From positions 831 to 64,830 of the forward strand of contig CAYLQG010000001.1 of NCBI GenBank assembly GCA_964385705.1: a stretch of 64,000 nt of DNA, read 5' to 3'. The notes under the pieces are model-generated. The model saw only the letters and a program-made list of their open reading frames with translations. It was not told the origin of the DNA and ran no database searches. Shown piece by piece: positions 9,721 through 19,643 of the stretch; position 1 is the stretch's first letter; each line of letters starts with the position of its first letter. Both the position numbers and the translations under genes were made by a program. The DNA comes from an uncultured Gammaproteobacteria bacterium. Its GTDB lineage: Bacteria; Patescibacteriota; Microgenomatia; UBA10105; UBA927.

Positions 9721-10521
9721 TTATGCTATTTTTGTAATGATATCCTTAACTACCTGGACGCCGTCTTTCATAAATACGACTTTGTTATGCGATACCACAT
9801 CATACGTATTAATGCTCTGGGCCGACACGATTGTGACATTAGCAATATTTCGTGCAGTTCTTGTCACATGGCCTGTTTCAGGCCCTACAACCAACAGTGT
9901 CGGTACGCTCCCGGTCAAAAGCGAGAGAGTTCTGGCCATATACTTCGTTTTCGGTTTGAGCGATGCCAGTCCGTCAACAAAAACAACATTCCCTGATTCA
10001 TATTGACTCGTTAGTGCACAAGCAAGGGCCATCCGGCGCATTTTTTCCGGCATTTTCATGGAAAAATCGTGCGGTACCGGTCCGAATGTGATACCTCCGC
10101 CGACGAAAATAGGCGCTCTAATGTTGCCGTGTCGTGCACGACCCGTACCTTTTTGGCGGTAAATTTTTCTTGTAGATCCCTCAACCATACCACGGGATTT
10201 TGTTGCTGCTCCTCCTGCCCGTTGATTGGCTAAATAAACGCGGACAGCCTGGGCAATCAATTGTTTATTCATTTTTTCACCGAATACTTCAGCTGGAAGG
10301 GTCATTTTCCCTTTTGCTTTACCGTCGACATCAACTACCGTTGCATTAAGTCCGGTAATGGTTGCTTCCACTTTGACTGCTGCCAGACTCACGGTCTTTT
10401 TCTCCGGTTTTTTTGTAACAACGGCTTTTTTGACCACTTTTTTAACCACAGCTTTTTTAGCCGCTTTCACGGGTTTCGCTTTTGTAGCTTTCGTTATTTT
10501 TGTTGGTTTTTTCACTGCCAT
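9721..10521 (-). CDS. rplD: 50S ribosomal protein L4 with ~55-aa Lys/Ala-rich N-terminal extension
   Basis: Start set at ATG 10519-10521, 1 nt after the rplC stop; the listed upstream start is a TTG. The L4 core reads ...[20 protein letters not shown]... Confidence 0.88.
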   Translation of the reverse strand: MAVKKPTKITKATKAKPVKAAKKAVVKKVVKKAVVTKKPEKKTVSLAAVKVEATITGLNATVVDVDGKAKGKMTLPAEVFGEKMNKQLIAQAVRVYLANQRAGGAATKSRGMVEGSTRKIYRQKGTGRARHGNIRAPIFVGGGITFGPVPHDFSMKMPEKMRRMALACALTSQYESGNVVFVDGLASLKPKTKYMARTLSLLTGSVPTLLVVGPETGHVTRTARNIANVTIVSAQSINTYDVVSHNKVVFMKDGVQVVKDIITKIA

Positions 10522-10522
10522 A

Positions 10523-11143
10523 TCATGCTTCTTTCTGAACAATCACCAAGCCGTTGCAACCACCAGGAATCAACCCTTTTACTGTTAATAAATTCTTTTC
10601 ATTATCAACTGCCACTACTTCAAGTCCGATAACTGTGACACGCTCGTTACCCATCCGACCTGCCATGCGCTTCCCTTTGTAGACACGTCCCGGAGTGGTT
10701 GTTTGTCCGATAGAACCCGGAGCACGCTCACGGTCTGATGTTCCGTGCGTGCGGGGCATTCCTGCAAATCCATGCCGTTTCACAACACCTGCAAATCCTT
10801 TTCCTTTTGAAGTTCCGACTACTCTGATGGCATCGCCAACCGCAAATACGTCACCGACGCTGATCTTGGCGCCGACGGCCATCCCTTCAGGAATGGAGGC
10901 TACACGAAGTTCCCGCAAAAAACGGGGCTTTTCTGTTAACCCCGCTTTTTTCATTAATCCTTCTTGTGCTTTCTTGATGTGTTTTCGAGTTCCGAATGCA
11001 AGTTGCAAACTTTTATATGAACCTGTGTCAATAATACCCGTGACCCAGCACGGACCGGCCTCAATAAATGTGACCGGAAGTCGTTTGCCATTCGGCATAA
11101 AAACTTGCGACTGCGACTGTTTGATTCCAAGTAATGCGTCCAT
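10523..11143 (-). CDS. rplC: 50S ribosomal protein L3
   Basis: 206 aa. Confidence 0.95.
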   Translation of the reverse strand: MDALLGIKQSQSQVFMPNGKRLPVTFIEAGPCWVTGIIDTGSYKSLQLAFGTRKHIKKAQEGLMKKAGLTEKPRFLRELRVASIPEGMAVGAKISVGDVFAVGDAIRVVGTSKGKGFAGVVKRHGFAGMPRTHGTSDRERAPGSIGQTTTPGRVYKGKRMAGRMGNERVTVIGLEVVAVDNEKNLLTVKGLIPGGCNGLVIVQKEA

Positions 11144-11200
11144 ATATAAACAAAAACAAGTTAAAATCGATTATACCGTGCAATTCCGATTGCAGCGTGT

Positions 11201-11231
11201 ATAAACAAAAAGCGACCTCGGTTGAGGTCGT
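11201..11231 (-). terminator. intrinsic-terminator-like hairpin (GCGACCUC-AACC-GAGGUC + UUUUUGUUU on minus strand) inside rpsJ-rplC gap
   Basis: A 7-8 bp GC-rich stem is followed by a U-run on the operon strand. Confidence 0.55.
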
Positions 11232-11303
11232 TTTGATCTCTCATCCGAGACTTTTGATGTACCGCTACGATATAGACAAATGCATTGTCATATCAATCTG
11301 CAT

Positions 11304-11332
11304 AGTATACCAAAGTATCTCCCCTATATCAA
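11304..11332 (-). promoter_or_regulatory. near-consensus sigma70-like promoter (TTGATA-N17-TATACT) on minus strand inside rpsJ-rplC gap
   Basis: -35 is at 11327-11332 and -10 at 11304-11309, with a 17-nt spacer. Confidence 0.5.
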
Positions 11333-11417
11333 TATTATTGTCATTCTCGGGCTTGAACCGAGAATCCTTTACGAATCAAGGGTATCCCTCGACTTCGCTC
11401 GGGATGACCTATGAAGG

Positions 11418-11726
11418 TCACATCTTTATCTCTACATCCACGCCGGCCGGTAGGTCCAAATGCATCAGTTGATCAATCGTCTTGTCGGTCGGCTCTATGA
11501 TATCAATAAGGCGTTTGTGCGTCTTAATCATGAAATCCTCACGGCTGTTCCGATCGATGAACGGACTTCGCGCCACGTTAAAATGCTCCTTGTCCGTCGG
11601 AAGCGGCACAGGTCCTACGACCCGAGCGCCCGTCCTCACGGCGGTATCAAGAATCTTCTGACAACAATCATCAATGATTCTGCTGTCGTATGCTTTTAAA
11701 CGTACTCGAATTCTTCCTTTCGGCAT
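11418..11726 (-). CDS. rpsJ: 30S ribosomal protein S10
   Basis: 102 aa, [14 protein letters not shown]... Confidence 0.95.
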   Translation of the reverse strand: MPKGRIRVRLKAYDSRIIDDCCQKILDTAVRTGARVVGPVPLPTDKEHFNVARSPFIDRNSREDFMIKTHKRLIDIIEPTDKTIDQLMHLDLPAGVDVEIKM

Positions 11727-11765
11727 TATATATTCGTTTCACACAAACGCTTACGGCAGTAAGGC

Positions 11766-12953
11766 TTATGCGATAATCTTCGTAACTACTCCAGCGCCTA
11801 CCGTATGTCCACCCTCACGGAGTGCAAACCGCACGCCTTCTTCAAGAGCGACCGGAACGATAAGTTTAGCTGTCATCTTTGTTTCATCTCCCGGCATAAC
11901 CATCTCGACGCCAGCGGGAAGGGTCACTTCACCGGTTACATCAGTGGTCCTTATATAGAATTGTGGCCGGTATCCTGTAAAGAACGGTGTATGTCGTCCA
12001 CCCTCTTCTTTGGCAAGGATATAGATCTGTGCCTCAAATTCTGTATGCGGCTTCACCGATCCCGGCGCTGCGAGCACTTGTCCCCGCTCCACCTGGTTTT
12101 TCTCAATTCCCCGAAGAAGGACGCCGATGTTATCTCCGGCCTGACCCTCATCAAGGAGTTTTCGAAACATTTCAACTCCGGTAACGACGGTTGTCTGCGT
12201 CGGTTTGATTCCGACAATTTCCATCGTTTCGTTGACTTTGCAGCGGCCCCGCTCGACGCGGCCGGTGACAACGGTTCCGCGGCCTTTGATTGAGAAAACA
12301 TCCTCAATAGGCATAAGGAACGGTTTATCAAGATCCCGTTTCGGCTCTGGGAAGTAGCTGTCTACCGTATCCATAAGCTCCTGGATCTTGGCTTCCGCTT
12401 CCGGATCACCCTGGAGTGCTTTAAGTGCGCTTCCACGGATAACCGGAACTTTGTCTCCCGGGAAATGATACTTCGTTAAAAGCTCGCGGACTTCCATCTC
12501 GACAAGGTCGAGAAGTTCTTTGTCCTGTACCATATCGCATTTGTTCATGAAAACGATAATAGCCGGAACGTTTACCTGGTTTGCAAGTAAAATGTGTTCA
12601 CGGGTCTGCGGCATAGGACCATCCGGTGCCGAGACAACGAGAATGGCGCCATCCATCTGAGCTGCTCCGGTGATCATGTTTTTGACATAATCAGCATGTC
12701 CGGGAGCATCGATGTGTGCGTAATGTCGTTTTTCCGTCTCGTATTCTGAGTGGTGGATGTTAATCGTCACGCCCCGGGCCTTTTCCTCAGGTGCGTTATC
12801 GATTTCTTCATACTTGAGTGCTTTTGCAAAACCTTTTTTTGCAAGCACGTGGGTAATAGCTGACGTAAGGGTTGTTTTCCCATGGTCAACGTGGCCGATG
12901 GTTCCAATATTCAAATGCGGTTTGCTGCGATTAAATTTTTGCTGGTCAGCCAT
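11766..12953 (-). CDS. tuf: elongation factor Tu
   Basis: 395 aa, [22 protein letters not shown] motifs. Confidence 0.97.
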   Translation of the reverse strand: MADQQKFNRSKPHLNIGTIGHVDHGKTTLTSAITHVLAKKGFAKALKYEEIDNAPEEKARGVTINIHHSEYETEKRHYAHIDAPGHADYVKNMITGAAQMDGAILVVSAPDGPMPQTREHILLANQVNVPAIIVFMNKCDMVQDKELLDLVEMEVRELLTKYHFPGDKVPVIRGSALKALQGDPEAEAKIQELMDTVDSYFPEPKRDLDKPFLMPIEDVFSIKGRGTVVTGRVERGRCKVNETMEIVGIKPTQTTVVTGVEMFRKLLDEGQAGDNIGVLLRGIEKNQVERGQVLAAPGSVKPHTEFEAQIYILAKEEGGRHTPFFTGYRPQFYIRTTDVTGEVTLPAGVEMVMPGDETKMTAKLIVPVALEEGVRFALREGGHTVGAGVVTKIIA

Positions 12954-13275
12954 AACTGCCTTTCTAGAAGCGCTTTACCGATCTTTGATCGGGATTAGCG
13001 ATTCTTGATCCACCAGTAAACGCTCTGTGAGCCGCTCTACGAATAGTAGGTAAGGCGAACAGTAAGTAACGGCGGACAACTATTTGTTAATAAATACCAA
13101 TACAGACAAATCACCTCATAAACTCATCATCTAAATCAGGTAATAATGAGTTGTGAGATGATTCGGTACGGGTATTTTAACATCCGGTTTAGATTTGCGC
13201 AAGAAGGGAATGAGGTAAAATTAGTATTTACAAACAACTTCGTTTATCTCTATTAATAAACGGATACTACGATTA

Positions 13276-14439
13276 TTAATAATTTTCCCCAACATGCGGA
13301 TCCAAATGGAGTACAAATGACCTGTCTTCATAAGAGGGTGTGTCACCTTCCTGAAAAGAAGTATATTTAGGAGCACCGGTAGTTGTTCTATTTATTACCC
13401 CTGAATTTGTTAATGTCTGTGCGGTGATGGTAAAATCGTCGACCTTCCAATTATCCAGGTTTGGATTAATAACTAATGCCATAGTGCGGAAGGCAGCTTC
13501 AATCATAGCGTTTGATAACACCGAATTTGGGTACGTTTCCTCTTTAAAGCGCGTCTTAACTTCTAACACACTCGTAACCATATCAAAGGATTCGACAAAT
13601 AAATCCACTTTTCGTTGATCATCCGGAGATAATTGCGGATATTCACTCGGATCCAATGGGAGTTTATCTTTAAAATAAGCTTCGTAGATTGTTCTATCGC
13701 CAGTTGTATTAAGACACATCCATGCAAATATGTGTTTTGCATTCAACCTTCTGGTTGGATCATCACTTGCAAAAGCTTCACGCGCTACTGCGGTATAATC
13801 TAATATAATTTCGCGGGCCTGATCTGTATAATTATCCAGACTCACGTGTGAATTTCTATTATTTACTGTCTCCTCAACCAGTTTTTGGATATTCCTTAAA
13901 TTAGTAGTAAATTGCTCTTTTTGTAAACGTTGATCAAGATAATGCTCATCAACAGCAGCTCCGATAACAGTCGGCTCCATAAAAAAACCAAAACCGGTTG
14001 ACACCAAAGACCATGCTGCGTTTCTCGCAGTATCATAGAATACTAGCTTAAGGAACGCACGTCGTGCTGCTCCAAACTTACCCAACTCTTCAATTTTCTC
14101 TTGATCAAATGCGTTCTCTTTAAAGCTATGATACGAATGGCGCGTCAGAATTGCCCCCGTAACTATTCCGAACCCTAATGGGGTATAGGTCAGTGTTGCT
14201 TTAACATCGTTAGGAGTATCACCTCTCGGGAAGTACTTAGTTTCTTGATATAAAAAATTTTTATCACCGTGTAAGATCAGATCTGTTGCATAAGCAGCAC
14301 CAACGACTTCCAAGCCGACAAGAGGTAACAGTACTTCTAAAAAAAGCTCTGCTTCTGAAGAGCTATAACGATCAGCTTCGTCCGAGATATATTTTTTTAC
14401 TGATGATATGCCTTTTCTAATTTGTTCCGCAGCCACCAT
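13276..14439 (-). CDS. hypothetical protein (387 aa), no recognisable motif
   Basis: Long ORF co-oriented with tuf and fusA and lying between them. Confidence 0.55.
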   Translation of the reverse strand: MVAAEQIRKGISSVKKYISDEADRYSSSEAELFLEVLLPLVGLEVVGAAYATDLILHGDKNFLYQETKYFPRGDTPNDVKATLTYTPLGFGIVTGAILTRHSYHSFKENAFDQEKIEELGKFGAARRAFLKLVFYDTARNAAWSLVSTGFGFFMEPTVIGAAVDEHYLDQRLQKEQFTTNLRNIQKLVEETVNNRNSHVSLDNYTDQAREIILDYTAVAREAFASDDPTRRLNAKHIFAWMCLNTTGDRTIYEAYFKDKLPLDPSEYPQLSPDDQRKVDLFVESFDMVTSVLEVKTRFKEETYPNSVLSNAMIEAAFRTMALVINPNLDNWKVDDFTITAQTLTNSGVINRTTTGAPKYTSFQEGDTPSYEDRSFVLHLDPHVGENY

Positions 14440-14594
14440 ATTAAATGCAATTATATACTATAAGCTTATTTAACACAACGGCGAGCCTGTGATTTGTGGT
14501 TTATCTTCGGTTATCCGCTGCCGTGGTGCGCTTTATTTGGCGATGATTATCTCCTGAATATTAGAGGCACTTTGATAACGTTCATGACGGTTAA

Positions 14595-16607
14595 TTAGTC
14601 GATATGCAAATTATGTTCTAATAAAAATGCTTTTATTGCGCGCAGTGTTATGATCGATTCACTCATCTCCTCTGACGGATAAATAAAATCATATTGAAGA
14701 ACGCTTTGAACTATATCATGCGTGTCCACTCCCCGTTTGTATTCTTCTCTCACAAATTCTGCTACTTCGGGAAAGTGTTGTAAGAACGGTTCGATGAAAA
14801 CCCTGTCATTTTCAGTTATTTCGCGATGGGTAGCAATCGATTCTACTGCCCTGGTAACACGTTCCTCTCTCAGGCGGAGTTTCGCCTTCTCGAGCAATTT
14901 TTCTTTATGATATATCTGTGAATATCTTGAAGATTTATCGATGGATGTTCCGTTTAAAAATTCATGCGATAGTAATGATTTTGTGTACACTATATACTCT
15001 GTCGTTTCTTCAGGTATGACAAAATCCGTTCGGATATCACGGATAAAATTCTTCCAATAAAATAACTGACGGAGTAAATATTTTGAAAAATCCTGCATTT
15101 CGCGTTCTGATCCGAATTCACCCGCTCTGCCGGATGAAAATTGCATCGGATATTCGTGAGTTATCCAATACCGAGTGTTTTCCATAACTTTTTTGAAGAA
15201 TAATAATGATCCTACGTTCCCGGATGCATCCGCTTTATCTAATAAGGGCATAATTTCCGGAATATCATGAGTCACAATTTTTCTCCATAATTTTAATTCA
15301 TCTCCAAAAAACTTACGCACATAACGGGGATCGGTCTCCCAAACATCATCGACGTCATCGCGTAATAAACGCTCCTTATCATGTTGGTTTGAAATTCTAT
15401 TATTAAAATCTAACCGCTCTCCAACGACCGCGTGCAAAATTCTATTTGATTGACTGTTATACCCTGCTTCTCTCGCTAACCGGATGACCTCGGGATATAG
15501 CACGTTTACAGTTCTGTATGCTTCCCGTCGTATAAACTGAAATCGTAATTCTGCGTCAGTTTTTACTATAACATCCCCCGTATTCCTCACCCGGTCAACT
15601 CTGTATACCTCGCCGCTGTGCCCCATGTGTCCGCGGAATATTCTCTCTAAAGCTCCTGAAACGGCATAATCTTCATTGGCCCCGTGAACCGTTAACGCAT
15701 GCACCACTTCGGGGTGCTTAAACGCCGATAATCGTCCGCTCATGGTCGGAGTGCCCGCGGAATATGTCCCATTGATAATGGTAGCTATCTCACCCGCATA
15801 TTTGTGAGCCCGGTACGCCTCTATTGAAGATAATACATCCCGTGAAGCGTCCTTTCCTTCAATATATCCTTCATGAACCCCGGGAGCGATATCCCACTCG
15901 CTTATATTTGCCTGTATTTGTTTATCCTGAAATAGTTTGTCAAGATTGTGTATATGATGAGCCGTCAACATGGTATCAATATCCTGCAAATGAATAATAC
16001 AATCGTCTTCAGCGAGATCCTTCGCATGAAATGAGTCCGCTAAATCAAGTAAATATCTTCTCAGCATACCGAAATTTTTCTGGGAAGAATTTACCAATAC
16101 ATAATCAAATCGAATCCGTAGTTTATGATTCTTGTTAATTTGTTTCGATAATTGTATATATTCATCCGAAATTCCAATCCCTCTCATTCCCTCATAATTG
16201 TGTTCCTGCAATAAAGATAGGTACTGTGCCGTACGGATATTTTCCGGAATAGGGGTATTACCCAATCCATCATCTCCATACCTGCCGAAATAATGCGCGA
16301 TGCTATCCCGATTCTCATTAATTAATAAAATCACTCCTATATCCCCTTTTACTCCTTTCTGCTCATCTAGCTGACGGAGAAATGAAAATAAATACAAATT
16401 ATTCATCTCAGCTTGCACGGGGGCAACGATTATATTGCGGGTTTCACGGGAAAATAGTACATCGGACGACTCTGCGATAATTCTCCTGAATCCCCAGGGT
16501 TCGCGCGTATCATAATCCGCATAGGATAACGGAACTTCCGGAACGGATTCATACGCATCCCTTCTCTCTCTGACCAATGAATCTATATCACCCTCAACCA
16601 TATACAT
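14595..16607 (-). CDS. hypothetical protein (670 aa), no confidently recognisable domain
   Basis: Long ORF that starts 70 nt after the fusA stop and is co-oriented. Confidence 0.55.
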   Translation of the reverse strand: MYMVEGDIDSLVRERRDAYESVPEVPLSYADYDTREPWGFRRIIAESSDVLFSRETRNIIVAPVQAEMNNLYLFSFLRQLDEQKGVKGDIGVILLINENRDSIAHYFGRYGDDGLGNTPIPENIRTAQYLSLLQEHNYEGMRGIGISDEYIQLSKQINKNHKLRIRFDYVLVNSSQKNFGMLRRYLLDLADSFHAKDLAEDDCIIHLQDIDTMLTAHHIHNLDKLFQDKQIQANISEWDIAPGVHEGYIEGKDASRDVLSSIEAYRAHKYAGEIATIINGTYSAGTPTMSGRLSAFKHPEVVHALTVHGANEDYAVSGALERIFRGHMGHSGEVYRVDRVRNTGDVIVKTDAELRFQFIRREAYRTVNVLYPEVIRLAREAGYNSQSNRILHAVVGERLDFNNRISNQHDKERLLRDDVDDVWETDPRYVRKFFGDELKLWRKIVTHDIPEIMPLLDKADASGNVGSLLFFKKVMENTRYWITHEYPMQFSSGRAGEFGSEREMQDFSKYLLRQLFYWKNFIRDIRTDFVIPEETTEYIVYTKSLLSHEFLNGTSIDKSSRYSQIYHKEKLLEKAKLRLREERVTRAVESIATHREITENDRVFIEPFLQHFPEVAEFVREEYKRGVDTHDIVQSVLQYDFIYPSEEMSESIITLRAIKAFLLEHNLHID

Positions 16608-16677
16608 AGTTAGTATAGCAATGTTGAGGGATATACATGCAAAATATACAAACGGGATGAAAGAACTGAGGCGTTAT

Positions 16678-18816
16678 TTAATTCTGCTGTCCCCTGTTAT
16701 CAGCACCTGTAGTGCGACCTTCTTTGGCGATGATCTTTTCCTGAATGTTCCGCGGCACTTCTTCGTAGTGACTGGGCTCCATATAATAGGTAGCCCGACC
16801 TTTGGACATGCTCCGGAGAGATGTGGCATAACCGGAAAGCTCAGCCAGTGGAACCAAGGCGACGATGACCGTCACGTGTCCACGCTTCGTTGTTCCCTGG
16901 ATTTGTGATCGTTTTGCGCCCAAGTCTCCGATGATATCTCCCATAAACTCATCAGGTGTCGTCACTTCGACCTTCATAATGGGCTCTAGGATGGTCGGTT
17001 GTGCCTGGCGGGCAGCATTCTGGAATGCCATAGATCCTGCGATCTTGAAAGCGACCTCGGACGAGTCGACATCATGGTACGATCCGTCGTAAAGCGTTAT
17101 TTTGGCATCAACGACCGGATAACCTGCCACTACGCCATTCTCCATCGCTTCTTTGACACCCTTTTCAATTGGCGCGATAAACTCACGCGGGATTGCTCCG
17201 CCTTTAATTGCATCGACGAATTCAAATCCTTCACCCCGGCCTTTGGGTTCAATACGAACGAGCGCGTGACCGTATTGCCCACGGCCTCCTGATTGTCTTA
17301 TATATTTCCCCTCACCCTCGGCATTAATCTTGATTGTTTCTTTGTAGGCGACTTGCGGGGCGCCGACATTGGCGTCAACTTTAAATTCCCGCTTCATACG
17401 GTCGACCAAAATCTCAAGGTGCAGCTCGCCCATTCCCCAGATAATGGTCTGATTCGTCTCCTGATTTGATTTAATTTTGAACGTCGGATCCTCTTCGGCG
17501 AGCCTTTGGAGCGCATAGCCCATCTTCTCAAGATCATTTTTCGTCTTGGGTTCGATAGCAAGGGATATAACCGGCTCCGGGAAAGTAATCTTCTCAAGGA
17601 CGATCGGCTTATCTTCTGAACAGATGGTGTCACCGGTGATCGTATCCTTAAATCCGACGACCGCAACGATTTCTCCGGCATATGCTTCTTTTATCTCTTC
17701 ACGCTGGTTGGCGTGCATGAGGAGAAGCCGTCCCACGCGCTCTTTCAGGCCTTTTGTCGAGTTGTATGCATACGAACCTGACTCAAGTTTGCCGGAATAA
17801 ATACGGACATAGGTAAGTTTTCCGACGTGGGGATCAATCTGGATTTTGAATGCGAGCCCTGAAAGTGGCGCTTCCTTCGTCCGTTTCAATTCAACTTTTT
17901 CATTTGTCCTCGGATCAGTTCCACCAACAGGCGGAAGATCGAGAGGCGACGGAAGATAATCAACAACAGCGTCAAGAAGCGGCTGAACACCTTTATTACG
18001 GAGACTTGTCCCAGCATAAATCGGCACGAGTTTGTAGGCGATGACTGCGCGGCGAAGTGCGGCTTTGAGCTCTTCCATGGTCGGCTCCGTACCGTTTAAA
18101 TATTTTTCAAGAAGCGCGTCGTCGGTTTCTGCAATTTTCTCGACCAGATCGTGACGGCTCTTTGTAACTTCGTCTTTGAGATCCGCGGGGATTTCAACTT
18201 CTTCTGCGTGTGATCCCAAATCATCACTGTTCCATACGTATGCCTTAAGAGGAAGAAGGTCAACGATACCTTTAAATGTATTTTCCCGACCGATTGGAAC
18301 GACCATAATCGCGGGATTAGCGCCGAGTCGGTCGATAATAGATTGTATGGTTGCGCGGAAATCAGCGCCGACCTTATCCATTTTATTGATAAAGCAAATA
18401 CGAGGAACTGCATATTTATCCGCCTGATGCCAAACGGTTTCGGATTGCGACTGTACGCCTTCCTCTGCATCAAGGACGGTGATACCCCCGTCAAGAACCC
18501 TCAAGGACCGCTCAACTTCTGCGGTAAAGTCGACGTGTCCGGGAGTATCAATGATGTTGAAACGGTATCCTTTCCAGAACGTCGTGGTGGCTGCTGAAAC
18601 GATGGTAATTCCCCGCTCGCGCTCCTGCTCCATCCAGTCCATTTGTGTCGTCCCCTCATCGATGTCTCCGATTTTGTAGGTCCGGCCTGTGTAGTAGAGA
18701 ATCCGCTCGGTTGTAGTGGTTTTCCCGGCATCAATGTGCGCGATAACGCCAATGTTCCGGACTTTATCAAGCGGTACATCGCGTTCTTCTGTTAATGTTG
18801 TTTGCGGAGATGCCAT
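16678..18816 (-). CDS. fusA: elongation factor G
   Basis: 712 aa, [21 protein letters not shown] motifs. Confidence 0.97.
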   Translation of the reverse strand: MASPQTTLTEERDVPLDKVRNIGVIAHIDAGKTTTTERILYYTGRTYKIGDIDEGTTQMDWMEQERERGITIVSAATTTFWKGYRFNIIDTPGHVDFTAEVERSLRVLDGGITVLDAEEGVQSQSETVWHQADKYAVPRICFINKMDKVGADFRATIQSIIDRLGANPAIMVVPIGRENTFKGIVDLLPLKAYVWNSDDLGSHAEEVEIPADLKDEVTKSRHDLVEKIAETDDALLEKYLNGTEPTMEELKAALRRAVIAYKLVPIYAGTSLRNKGVQPLLDAVVDYLPSPLDLPPVGGTDPRTNEKVELKRTKEAPLSGLAFKIQIDPHVGKLTYVRIYSGKLESGSYAYNSTKGLKERVGRLLLMHANQREEIKEAYAGEIVAVVGFKDTITGDTICSEDKPIVLEKITFPEPVISLAIEPKTKNDLEKMGYALQRLAEEDPTFKIKSNQETNQTIIWGMGELHLEILVDRMKREFKVDANVGAPQVAYKETIKINAEGEGKYIRQSGGRGQYGHALVRIEPKGRGEGFEFVDAIKGGAIPREFIAPIEKGVKEAMENGVVAGYPVVDAKITLYDGSYHDVDSSEVAFKIAGSMAFQNAARQAQPTILEPIMKVEVTTPDEFMGDIIGDLGAKRSQIQGTTKRGHVTVIVALVPLAELSGYATSLRSMSKGRATYYMEPSHYEEVPRNIQEKIIAKEGRTTGADNRGQQN

Positions 18817-18933
18817 ACGTAATTAATAAAAAAACTGCCCCACATCTGCGGTAGCAGCTATGTTTACCAAAGTTATTGTACTAAAAAATCGTTCTTCCCG
18901 CAAGCAAAAGTAAAAGCAAACCGGAAAAAATTA

Positions 18934-19512
18934 TTATTCTACGATTTCCGGCCCGTCAAGGAGCAACAGTCTGGCCTTAGATTCGATAAATTTTCGTTGT
19001 TTCTTTTCAGCCGCCGGATCGAGGAGGCCCAACATATGAGCAGCCTTCTCTGCACCCTCAATTGCCTCCCTGTGGGTTTGTCGAGAAATAGTATCAACCC
19101 CTGGTAACGTTTCTCCTTTTAAGTTTACGCGTATATCTTTTATTAGTGCAGCTTTCACCTGATCAATTCGACTTCGTTTATCTGATCCGGGTGTTAAATT
19201 CAGCAGTAATCCATTTATATGGGTTATTTTTTGCTGTTCCTCTTCAATATCTTTCCCTAATCTATCCGTCAAATCGTCTGATATAGACCATTGTTTCACA
19301 AATCGTATAACAGGATTAGAGATTGCATCTATCTCGGTTTTCTCTTTTTCGCGCTCTACCAACGGCTTACGAATATCCTCTATGATGCCCTGTATATTGG
19401 CAATTTGTTCATGAAAATAATTTTGCAACTCTGCCAAATCGTCAGGATTTAACCTGCGATACACAGGCGTAGTTGCTTCGTCGGCGTCAATATTATCTCG
19501 TATTTCTTGCAT
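18934..19512 (-). CDS. hypothetical protein (192 aa)
   Basis: ORF only. Confidence 0.45.
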   Translation of the reverse strand: MQEIRDNIDADEATTPVYRRLNPDDLAELQNYFHEQIANIQGIIEDIRKPLVEREKEKTEIDAISNPVIRFVKQWSISDDLTDRLGKDIEEEQQKITHINGLLLNLTPGSDKRSRIDQVKAALIKDIRVNLKGETLPGVDTISRQTHREAIEGAEKAAHMLGLLDPAAEKKQRKFIESKARLLLLDGPEIVE

Positions 19513-19643
19513 ATCAAACTCTATCTTATTATATCATATAATAGTCATCGTGTACTCGACGACTAATAGTGAACCAAGTTGCACCAGCGGATAGTCGCAC
19601 TTTTTCATCCACGCGCTCATCAGTCTCCGGTTATACGAACTAC

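Noticed and set aside
10695-11204. 169-aa + strand ORF
   Set aside because: It is antisense to rplC, whose ribosomal-protein reading frame on the minus strand is conserved.
11805-12293. 162-aa + strand ORF
   Set aside because: It is antisense to tuf.
12954-13275. Possible tRNA genes upstream of tuf (common in many bacteria)
   Set aside because: No T-arm (GGTTCGAATCC-like) or cloverleaf-compatible sequence is visible on either strand. None was called.
14595-16607. GT-A glycosyltransferase assignment for the 670-aa protein (NIIVAPVQAEMNN, HLQDID)
   Set aside because: The resemblance to GT2 motifs is too weak and non-canonical to assert without a profile search. The gene is left as hypothetical.
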